A stretch of DNA of 64,000 bases, from contig OZ076409.1 in assembly GCA_964187785.1 (NCBI GenBank), forward strand, positions 66,962,001 through 67,026,000, given 5' to 3'. The notes below the pieces were generated by a model. That model was not told the DNA's origin. It worked only from the letters and a program-made list of their open reading frames with translations, and did not search any database. Source of the stretch: Amphiscolops sp. MND2022. Taxonomy: Eukaryota. Shown in pieces: positions 40,250 through 51,400 of this stretch. Position numbers and translations under genes: made by a program. How positions within the stretch are numbered: position 1 is the stretch's first letter; every line of letters begins with the position of its first letter.

Positions 40250-41004
40250 TGTAACGTCCGGCAGTCGGCGTTGCAGAAGTTTTTGAAAATTTCGATCAAA
40301 AATTCGAAATGTGCGACATCAAACAAGCACATTCAAGATGGCCGACCCGGCAGGTACGAAAACCGCAGAGGAAGCAAAAATAAAGGCAAAACACCACAAG
40401 AAAGACCCAACCCACCACCCAGGAACGAGAATGTCCGAGATGTCATCACCCAGAAGGCGTGAGAATCAGGAATTCGGCCATCTGACAGCAAAAGGACAGG
40501 GTTTTGGCAGAAAAGTGCCAAATGAGACCATTGTGCCCCGAAGATGAGGAATGATGCCAGAGGCAGGAAGCCGATGATCGCCACCGAACTGTAACTGTAT
40601 ACTTTATTGGGGCCTATCCCCACCTACTTTGACTGTTTATAGCGTATTTGGATAATGTTTGACCTACTAGGGCCTCATTTTAGTCCTTATTCACTCAATA
40701 TACTGTATTTCAGCTAGACACCTTTTTGGACCTCGGAAGTATGTGGGAAGTCGTAGGAACGTGCTAGAAACCTTAGGATACGTTTTTACAGGCTTGTGGG
40801 GCGTGTCCGGACTTTGAGAGTGCCGGCACGTCGCCTCGGAGCTCTAACTAGAGGAGCCTCCTTAGACGTTAGAAAAGTCCCCCTTGGAGACCATTTTGGG
40901 ATCAAAAACTAGTGTCTAGGTATGTAGTAAGACAACGGTCTCCTGTTTAAGCATCCTAGGCATTGTCCCTCTTCCTAGATGTGCGCCGCTAGCCGGACGT
41001 TACA
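40250..41004 (+). repeat. 3' LTR of the non-autonomous element
   Basis: Copy of 35518-36272, preceded by hairpin GTTTGTCG-AGGA-CGACAAAC and PPT GGGGAGGA. Confidence 0.97.
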
Positions 41005-41352
41005 AAAAGTATTGAACAGTTCGAAAACGCCCACAAAAATTTTAAATTGAATTTTCTACAACTAAAAAATTCTACAACTAAGAAATTGAACCAAAAATGG
41101 GTCTAGGTCGATCTTTAATCGTCTGAATGTGACGATTTCAAAAACTGATTAAGCTAGTGAGTTGGTGGCTCGGCCAATCGAATATCTAACAAATTTACAG
41201 GCAAAAACCCAAGTCAAAGAGCCAAAAGCCATGCGTCATTCAGACTTGATTCGATTCTAAAAATGGATATGGAAATATATATATTTCGTCATTTTTCCAA
41301 CGATGTCTTTTCTATGAATATAGCCTGGGAAATTGTCAGAAGAGTTGAAAAC

Positions 41353-44187
41353 TGTTATGTTTGGGGTAATCTCTCAGCTGCATATCTTTACCAGGCATGA
41401 AAGTGCCCCGGAAAAAGCTTTATATTTCGAATTATTGAATTCCGTAATTTTTTGTGGCGAACTTACGGGCGGTTTTGAAGTGTAACGGCTACTGTGGCAT
41501 TAGTCCATTTGAAGGTCATAGAGGTCATGTAATTTTATATATTGACACGACCCTTATATGTTGTTACGTAACATACCTGCCAAAGATACTGAAATCTATA
41601 GTGGTACTATATACGAACACATGAAATTTTGATTAGCTACAATACAATATTACATTCCCATTCTTATTCTACTTAACCTATTCAACATGGTGCAGTCAGA
41701 CTGAGTCAAAAGAACGAAAACAACTTAGCAGAAATAACGAGCAGAACCTCCTGAAGTGACGAAATGGGAGAAAAGAAAGGGAGGACAACAACACACCAGA
41801 AGATAACATTGCGAATATTCGAGAAGAAAGCCATGCAAGAAGCGAGACTATGGTGGAGACGATTCATTCAAAATGTCCAGATGACACCGAAAATCGATCT
41901 GAACATGATGACGACGGACAAGGAAATTATAGAACAATACAGAGACGAAATGGAAATAAAAATAAAAGATATTTTTATTTGGGTTCTAGGAGAAAAAGCC
42001 GCAACTGAAATGACAAAAACGTTTAGAGACAACGATCCGAACAAAATGATTAACAATTAACTGTATTCAGTATTCCACCTCCACTTCATACCAGAACGAA
42101 ACAAGTTTCATAGCCGGGCAAACGTTGTCGAAATCTATAGTACGAGAACCGAATGAAACAGGGGAGGATGTTTGGACAAAAACATTACAAACGGAGAAAA
42201 ACTGCGAATTCGACACCGTTGTATCAGTTGAGCTCATTGCATGGAAGTTCTCATCACTGACCGCAAGATCAACGGGCGACTATGAACTCAAGAAGAAACG
42301 GAACAGCAACACGACTATCGAAACGAATATCGATCTAATATATGAATATATGTATGACCGCTTAAATGACTCAAAGAACTCAAACCATGGAAGCAATGTA
42401 ACACACGTCCAAAAAAGGGCACAAAAGAGAAAATCGTCAAAAAAAGTCCGGAAACGACAAAAAACAAAAAAAAACGACCGGAGTACCAGAAGCCAAAGTA
42501 CAAGGACATTCGGTGCGGACAATGTGGAACACCAAACTGGTCCAGATAGCACATATGCCCAGCTAGAACGGCGGGATGTAAATACAGAAAGAAGCGGCAT
42601 TATGAAAAAGTGTGAGACACCCAGAGACAATTCATTACGTGGATAAGGCATCATCACCTGCTGATGATTGTAACTGGGATTACAACAAGATACAGAGTAT
42701 AAACAGCAACAACAAGAAAAGGAGCTACTTTGACGCAACGTTATTAGTCAGTAACGCACCAAGAAAATTCATAATAGAGCGCGTGTATATAAGAGAGCGC
42801 ACCAGTTATGCTAATACCACAACGCCTATTCAATGTCATTTCAGAAGTGAAAAAGTTTAACATCAATTATCATGACGTAAACGACAACAAGATGCAATTT
42901 ATTGGTCAAACAATAGCAACGGTGAAAACGACCAACACAACGCTTCAACTAATGTTGCTAATTACCACAGCCATTAAAAAACACCGCTAATGGTACTGGA
43001 TTGGAAGAAACGGCTCGGAATAGCACTTAATGCAACAATGGACTGTATCAAAATACATAACATGAAAATGGACGATACTAAAAAAAATCCTGAAGCTGAA
43101 AAACGAATTCAAGGATTTATTCTACAACAACACCTAAATAAAATATCTGTCAGTAAATTAAATCTGAAAGAAGACGCAAACATAATACAACAAAAAGGAA
43201 GACCTATACCAACCCACCTGCAAGATCAAGTAGTAGAAGAAATTGAACGACTAACAAAAATTGGCTACTTGAAAAAACAACAGAAATATACGAAGATTGC
43301 TTTGTGAGCCCAGTAGTGATTACGATAAAGAAAGGCAAATCAGTGAAAATTCCATTAAGTTCAGAAAAAATAATCACTAAATGAATAAAAAGAAAAGCCA
43401 AGATGCCGATCAAGAGAGAGAAAATATCAAGAATAATACGCAAAATATCTGAAAAAAGGCGAAATCTGGATAACAAAATTAGACTTTCATGACGCCTACG
43501 GTCAAAACAAACTAAATGAAGAAACAAGAAACCTATGTATATTCACCGTTACAGGAGGAGAATATACAGGATACTACCGTTTCCTAAATGGGTTTTACGT
43601 ACCGCCAGATTTACCAACATGTTTCCAAGAACGAAAAGACAAATTACTAAAATTCAAACAACCAGCTTGGCTAGACGACATTGTTGTTGTGACCAAAGGA
43701 ACAGTAGAAAAACAAGAGATGGAAGTAAAAGAAACCATGAAGAAATTGGAAGATGCTGGATACAGATTACACCCAAAAATGAGATTTTTCGAGAGGGAAG
43801 CAGAGTGTGTCGGACACCGAATAGACCAAGATGATATCAGACCATTACAAGACAAATTGGAAGCAATAACAAAAATAAACATACAAAAAATGACGAAGAG
43901 CCATAATCTTTCTTAGGAGCAATACCTCCTCATCAAAATCCTTTCAGCGCAAGGAGATATACTCAAAAAACTTTTCAAAGAACAATAAAATGGATCTTCT
44001 GGACAAAAGAGCACACTGCAGCGTTCAATAATCTGAAAAAATTGATAACGGAATTGCCATGCCTAGCAGGCCCATATAGTCAAAAATCCTAACGACATAT
44101 GCAAGCACAAAGGGATTTGGAGCAACGATTTGGCAAAATAAGAATGGAAACAATCGGATTTCCAAGCAGATTTCTATCGAATACCAA
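41353..44187 (+). mobile_element. Decayed Ty3/Gypsy element (putative 5' LTR 41353-41687, PBS, fragmented gag-pol) running into the assembly gap
   Basis: TGTT...AACA followed by TGGTGCAGTC; remnants EARLWWRRFIQ (gag), CGQC..W..H.CPA knuckle, QQKGRPIP.HLQ, VSPVVIT.KK, DFHDAYGQ and WLDDIVVVT (RT), IGFPSRFL (RNase H); many stops and frameshifts. Confidence 0.85.
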
Positions 44188-44387
44188 NNNNNNNNNNNNN
44201 NNNNNNNNNNNNNNNNNNNNNNNNNNNNNNNNNNNNNNNNNNNNNNNNNNNNNNNNNNNNNNNNNNNNNNNNNNNNNNNNNNNNNNNNNNNNNNNNNNNN
44301 NNNNNNNNNNNNNNNNNNNNNNNNNNNNNNNNNNNNNNNNNNNNNNNNNNNNNNNNNNNNNNNNNNNNNNNNNNNNNNNNNNNNNNN
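44188..44387. other. Assembly gap (200 N)
   Basis: Direct observation. Confidence 1.
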
Positions 44388-44507
44388 TATTTAATGGTTA
44401 TTTGTGTTGATAGCCTCATTTGCATCTGCTGGAGATTTGTCTGAACTTTTGGTAATTAATTATGGCTTCAAACGTTTTTTTTAATGAAAAACAAATCTTT
44501 TTAGATT

Positions 44508-44645
44508 TTATTCCGTATTTTAGGCGTTATTCTCGTTTTTTAAAAGTCTTTTTCTTTTGCGTTTCGATTTAAGGTCTTATTCCGTTAGGTCGTATTCCGT
44601 TTTGAAATTTTAGGTGTTATTCCTTAGGTCTTAATCCCGGTCACC
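44508..44645. repeat. ~15-bp unit array (TTAGGTCTTATTCCG-like) ending in CCCGGTCACC; probable MITE terminus
   Basis: Five to six degenerate units; no partner end is visible (possibly in the gap). Confidence 0.5.
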
Positions 44646-44987
44646 AGTTTTGACAATTGCCTTTGGAAAGCGTACTTTGATAATGTACTTTTGCTAGGGA
44701 TTGAATTTATCAATTTTTGCAATAAATAACTCCAATTCTCGATTGATATGGCCAGTTACCATCTATTGCATTGATCCTTTTTTCTCAGAACAATTAATTG
44801 CAGGTCCCGTTGCGTCGAAAACGCAGTTCTTATAATTTATGCATTTCACTTTTTCGAACGGTAATTTTAGTTTCAACTATTTTACCATTGAACGTGCTTC
44901 CATCTGAGTCTACTTCCAATTGGAAGAAGATAGAAATTTGAAGAAAACAAACAATTAAAGACTGGAGCATAATTTCGACATAGTTAC

Positions 44988-45701
44988 TGTAACGGCAACT
45001 GCCCATGTCAAAATTTTCGAAGCAAAAATTCGTTCAAATCTGACGTGGCACTCAAACATGCTCCAGACGAAAGACCTGTCAGAAAAGCAGAAAAAAATCA
45101 GAAATCGCCCCCCGCGAGAGACGACGAGAAGAGAAGACGTAGAAAGCAGTCCCTAGAACACGGTGATGTGCCCATCTTTGGCGTTTACACTACGTAGGTA
45201 ACAGAAACCGGTGTTCCAGATGCTCGCCTGAAGATCCTGCGGTGTCCGGTGCGGTGACGAGCGCTAGCGCTGGGAAGCCATGGTCGATTCGCTCCTGTTA
45301 AATAACTCGAACTTGTGATATTGTTATGTCTATTGTGCTTTCCTTGTTGTAGTAGATTGATATGCTCGAGAGCTGCCCATTTACATCTATGGTTACCCCT
45401 TTTTGATGTCGATTTTATCAGATTCTCCAATACTATGGCTCAACATCCTCCTGTTTTCAGTCCCTTTTTTAAAGGCTAATTGAGCAGTGGTCTTGAGACA
45501 TGCAAGATGCCCGTTACTTTTAGCAGTTACAGACTAGGACCAGGCCAGAGAGTTTCCAACAAGACGGTTCCCCCACCTTGGGACTGGCTCCTTCGGAGGG
45601 AAAATGAGCTAGGGCCGCGGAGATCTAAGTCCCGGATTATATTCGCTGTTCTAGTTCCTCCACTCTACGTTGCGGTTCAAGCGCCAGCGCTTATCGTTAC
45701 A
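44988..45701 (+). repeat. 5' LTR (714 bp)
   Basis: Matches 63167-63881 except GCAG-AAAAAAA-TCAG versus GCAG-ATCAGAAA-TCAG. Confidence 0.97.
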
Positions 45702-45716
45702 TAGAACCTCATTTTT

Positions 45717-45734
45717 TGGCGACCACAGAGGGAT
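45717..45734 (+). promoter_or_regulatory. Primer binding site (probably tRNA-Arg)
   Basis: TGGCGACCACAGAGGGAT, 15 nt downstream of the LTR end. Confidence 0.85.
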
Positions 45735-46909
45735 CGTCTTGGGAAGCTTTCCCTAGCGGTTTTTAAAAGATCTGGCCCCCTGGTATTCAGCGCCAAGCCC
45801 GTTTCGACTCTGGAAAAGGAGAGAGAAGCAGAGTTTTACCCTTTTTTAGTCGTGTGACATTCTACTGGAACTGGGAGAGGCGTTGAACCAGAGAAAACCC
45901 GAAAAAATCACGTTTTCAGGTGCGAAAATGGTATTTTTAGGTATTCTGGAAGGAAATCGATATTTTGTGTGATGTGTTGTGTGCCCATCAGAGGGTATCT
46001 TTTTGCAGGTGCTGAGGACCGTAGCACGTGGCTACGGGTGTTTAACAGGTTTTGCAAGCTATTTTCAGCCATTTTATGCCATGCAAGAAGGTAACTGGTG
46101 GATGGCTGACCATGAACCAGCGAGGCGAAGGGGAAGTCAAATTGTGTGTTGCCTACTTTCTACTCCCATTTCTCGTGGAGACGTCCTAGAGGTATGGTTT
46201 TTGGTGGACAGCAAGTGCAATTGCAGACGATGCTAATGGTCCAAACCGCGTGTCTCTATCTGGTCTGGATGTGGAGAAAAAGCGTGGTGAAGGTGCACCC
46301 CCTGTGACCGGACGCGTCGCTCAAATGGCTCATGGTCGGTGAAATTTTTGAAAATGCACCTTTTTCGACGGGGAATCGTTGGTGCAGGTCAGTAATGTTT
46401 TATTGTAGATGTAACGACACCCTACGAAGTGCTTTTCTGCAAAAAAGATAGCACTTGCGTGAAAAAACCCTGATTTTGCGTTTTTTCGTGTTTTTCGTGG
46501 TTTTGAGCACTTGTGCTCAGCGGAACCAGGAAAACTTCGTGAAAAGTGTTGTAAAAAGCAGCTGCAAGGCTCGAGAAAGCTAGTACGAGGCACAGAAGGC
46601 CGTAATTTTGCCTTTGGTTGTGATAAAAGTGCCGATCTAGCAACAGAAAATTGCAAAAAAATGGAATTTTGACCAAAAAGGCACCCAGAAACACAGGCGT
46701 ACACTTGTGTAGAAGTGTGAAAAAGCAGTGTACGGTGTTTTGTCAAGCGTAGTAAACCCACAGGACACTAACTGTAACTTTTACAGCGGATTCAGGCAGC
46801 CTGGGGCTGACACGGTGCAAAAAACCGGTAATTTAAGGTGCTTTTAGGCATAAAAAGTGCATTGTCTGAAAGTCTTGAGAGTGAAACTTAGTGGACCAGA
46901 GCGAGTCTG

Positions 46910-47720
46910 AACGCTCTTATTTTCTGTTGTCGCAATAAAAATAACGCATTGTGGTGAAAACCGCGTGCAAAAACTCCTTTTCAGTGTCGAGAAAAGTCGA
47001 TAAACCTAGAATTTCAGTTAGTTTCAGGAGTGTCCTAGCACACAATAAAAACCCCCTGGGCACTCTGTCTTTTTGTTAATCAGGAGCTTTCGTGCTCTCG
47101 TTTTCTGTTTCTATAGTAAAAACCACGCATTGTAGTGAAAACCGCATGCAAAAAATCCTTTCCAGTGCTGAGAAAAGTGGAAAAACGCACCGAATTTGAT
47201 CAATTTTCCACAAAACCGGACCGTCTCTGAGCTAGGGTCGGGTCATCGATTCCTGAACCCTAGCCAAAAAGTGGTTGCATTTTCGTAACCACCACAAAAA
47301 TTAACGTTGGTGCCGAAAATTTGGTGGGCGTATCGGTCACCAAAGTCGAGAAAAGCTCTCTGACGTTTCGACCTCAGAGAAGCGTAAAAGGACCGAAAAA
47401 ATCCAAAACTGCAGGACTGTCAGTGCCTTATACCTAACGGGCACAACCAATTGGGGGCTTATCCCAGTGCTACGGATAGTGGGGCAACACGTTGGTCCCA
47501 TTGTACCCGCCGTATCACTTTCTGAGGTGATCCTCTTCGTCAATTTGTGAAAAAAGTCGTCAAAAACAGTGTTTTTTCGTGTACAACGTACATAGTGGGT
47601 CGAAACCTCAAATAAGCGCTTGCGCTTCAATTCGACCATATCAGTGGCATTGTAGGTGCCCACTGGCATAGACTACTACGTTTGGTGCCAATCTGTGTGA
47701 TACTTGTCGAGAAAATAGGA
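46910..47720. repeat. ~180-bp phased degenerate repeats in the 2.7-kb 5' leader
   Basis: Clear pair at 46920/47101 (offset 181); G(T/C)(C/T)GAGAAAA at 46986, 47167, 47345, 47706. Confidence 0.75.
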
Positions 47721-48406
47721 AAAACGCGGCGCCCAAAAAGGTGTGCAAAAAGGTAGTTTTTTTTAAATTTTTCCAAGTAACCCGGGTACCTTAGCCGACG
47801 GGTGGGGCCCTATTGCAGCTCACCATCGTAACTTGTACTAGTTCCTACGTTGTTGCAGAGAATTTGAGCTGGGTAGCTTTTTCCAGTGGACCGCAATCTG
47901 GAAAAAGACGTGAAAAACAGTGTATCTCGGTACATAGTGGTACCGCACGTCTGTACCTAGGTGAAACTGTGTAGAAGGGGTGCAGCTCAATTCTGTGTTT
48001 ATTTTCGTAAACCTACGCGTACCTAAGATCTGCTGGTCAATTTTGGGCTTGATACAGCGCTTCCAGCGCACACACGAGCCTCTTGAGTGTTGTTGTGCGA
48101 TTTTTGGAAAATCCAGAAATTCTTTGAAATTCTTCCTGTGAGTGACCGGAGGCTTTTGGCCCCAAACTAGATCGATTTTCTGACCCAGTGTGCTTGTGGG
48201 AAAGTGCTGTGCGAATTTGAGCAGCCTACGAGCCTTAAAACGTATTTCGAGAAATTTGGGACGTTGCGAAACAGTCAAATTTCTTAAGTCCACACCGAGA
48301 CGAGCCTAGAGCTAACCGCGACTCGACAAATCCCACGTTCTTCGAGACTTCTATAAAGGCTACATCCGAATCGTTGACACCTGCTCTGCCATTGGCATCG
48401 TGTGTA

Positions 48407-51400
48407 ATGGTCCTACCAGGCCTGGAAAAGCTTGACATGAGTTCGCAGTCATGGGTGACCATAGGATCCACAATGGACGGTTCGCATTTTTCAGACGAAA
48501 TGTCTGACGAAGTCACTATCGAGCAACAACGCAAGGAGGAATTGGCCGCCATGGTCCCTCCCTCTGAGGGTTCCGTTGCATCTGGAAGCTCTCGTCGAAC
48601 CGAACAATGGGTCGAAGAAACCTGTCGTGAAAGAGCCAATGAAGCAGAAGAGGAGTGGCCCAACTCAAACGTGACCAACGAACTTGCAGCTGAGGAAGGG
48701 TGCTCTCGCGCACCCCTAGGGGAAAAGATGAGCTCCCGCCTACAGATCACGGTGGATGAGGATCTTACCTACTCGGAGAACACGAGTGGTGCGAGACCGC
48801 AAGGGTCTGGAGTCACTCGAAGTAACACTAGAGTTTGTGCCTATGGCAAACACAAGAAAGTGCGACCACCCATGATAAATGTAGGTGAACGTCAAGTTGA
48901 AGTGCCTCGTAAGAGGAGCGTGGCAGGTTCAGTGGCATCGTCCCAACGATCTTCGGTGTACAAAGCCGCAATATTGGAAGCCCAAGCCGAGACCCAACGT
49001 GCCTTAGCTGAACTGGCTAGCACTCGTGCTGGGTGCAATGACCAACATCGTGCCATCGCAGAAAATATGAGAACGTTGCAGACAACGATGCGAGAAGGAT
49101 TGCAGGTCAGTGATCAACTGCGAACCGCGCAGAACACGCAGAGTGCTCGCGTAGATGCACTAGGCTACAGAATGGGTGAGATGAATGACCTCTTGATGGC
49201 CCGTGAACTTCGTGTGGAAACCCAGATCAATGATTTGAGTAACCAAATGCACACTGTGCTCAATGCTATCAACATCATGAGGCGCGAAAGGTCCCTCCCA
49301 CGACAATCTGGTGCCACTGAAGGTGTGCCGATCGCGGATTCAATTAAGATTCCGGAATCATCGCACCAGGGTCAGGCAACAAAACCAGAAGTGGCGAGCG
49401 CATTGAAGCCTAGCACCTCCAAGTCGACGACGCCTGAAACCCGAACCAAGGATCCTGTACCCATCATGGCTGCTGTGGAGCGTAAACCTGCACGGGTGCA
49501 GGTAAGAGGGCCCCACGACTCCTCGTCGATGAGTCAAATAACATCCTCCGTAGTTCGAAGTGCCACCCGAGACCAAGGTGTGGACCCGATGTCACCTATC
49601 TATCTAGATACTTCTACCGAAGTTGATTTATCCTGTACTAAGGCCACACTAGGGTCCCAGACTGATGGAGCTGCGTATGCGACGGCCCCTACCATGGTTT
49701 CTGGAACGGACTCCCTGTATCTGACCGCCGACTGGACAGCCGAGGACGGAATGCCCTCGGGCGCTCCTTGCGCGAGTAGCACTCGCAGGAAAGAAGACGT
49801 GACGAACCTCTCAGTGCGAGCTACGCATGGCAGTGACGACGGTACTGATGAAGTGGCACCCAAGGAAGGAGAGGCTGAAGTCATCTCTCCCGAGCAATTG
49901 AGGTTCACTGCCGCCATCTCCAAAGCAATGTCCAAAGAGCTAGCACCGTTGCTTGCGGGACGTGACCTGGCTCAAACCAAACCCAGCGTGTATCGAGGCT
50001 CTAAGGACGGGTCTATTGATGGCTGGATCTTAGTGATGCAGCGATACTTGAAAAGAGTCCAAACCAAGATCTCGGCCGAAGATCGGGCCTGGAGCATTAT
50101 CGGTCACCTCGAGGGTGAGGCTCGCAACTACATCATCAACAAGGCTGAGTCTGAACGTGACACCCCCGAGAAGGTGTTTGAGTTGCTATCTAGCCGATTT
50201 GGCGCGGGAGGAAATCGTATGCAGGTGCGGCAGACCTTCCAAAGCCGCGTCCAACAAGAAAAAGGGGACTGGATGCAGTACTTAGACGCTTTAGAGGGTC
50301 TCAGGAGCCAAGGATTCCCGCAAGAAAGTATCATTACCAAACGTTATGAAATCTTGCAACGCTTCATGGAAGGTGTGCGAGATCCAGTGTTGAGGCGTGA
50401 ACTTGCCATAGTATACGCCTCGGAGACTTTTCTTACCGAACCCCCTACCGTGGAGTCCTTGCGATTTACCACACGTCAATTGCAACGAAATCGTCCCAGA
50501 CCCACCCAACCTCAACAACCCTATGATCCCAGATTAGCCATGAGGTCTAGACCTCATCCTTTCGCACCACTGCCGCCGAACAAGATGGTTATGCCGCAGG
50601 GCGTCCTGCCACCTCCGGCGCCACCCCAAAATGTCCCAGCTCCCGCTGTCCCAGCGCCCGCCCGAGCGCCGGTAGGTGCTTGTTTCCACTGTGGGCAAAA
50701 CGGACATTTTGCTCGCGAGTGCCCCAATCGTGACCAAGCCCGAAAACCAATGACTGCCTCCGAACCAGAGGGCGTAAAGGTGACCACGGAAGACACGACC
50801 GATGGTATCCTTGAAGGTCATCCGGGGATCTATCAATGCACGAGCTGTGGACTTTTCGATCAGGCGGAAGTGCAATGTGGTGAGCACTCCCATGCGCCGA
50901 AACCCAATGACGAGTTGGCCTACAATCGATGGGCTGAGGTCGAATCAGCTGGCATCGCCGCGCACACCGTACCTTTGGAAGATGACCGTGTGTTGATGCT
51001 ACATCCAGCGGAACCGCCTGCGTTCCACACTCCGATGACATTCACTTGTGGTGCTAAGCAAATTCAGACCTGCTTGGAACCCACGACGTTCGATCCGCAA
51101 GGACGGACGCTGATTTCAATTCACCTGTTGCTGGCAGCTGAGCAAATACGTAGGCCGACGCTAACTCTGGCGAAGCTATGGGTCGAATTGTCTATCCTCT
51201 ACAAACGAAACGAGTTGCCTCGACCGAAAGAATGGTACGCTCCGGGAGAGTCTGCGACTCTGACAACATATTCCCCAGTGCCAGTCTGCGCTTCAATGGA
51301 TGGAGTGGATATGAAATTCGAAGCCTGTGTGGTGGTGGATGTATTTCCCCCTGGCATTTGTCTGGGTCCCCAGGAGCTCAAATGCTATAACATCAATCAT

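Larger units (their letters stand above)
35518..41004 (+). mobile_element. Non-autonomous (LARD-like) LTR retrotransposon, 5.5 kb, no coding capacity
   Basis: Two 755-bp LTRs with one substitution seen; TG...CA ends; 4-bp TSD AAAA; PBS 36289-36306; PPT 40242-40249; ~4-kb interior without gag/pol motifs. Confidence 0.93.

Noticed and set aside
44099..44425. ORFs spanning the N run
   Set aside because: Artefacts of the assembly gap
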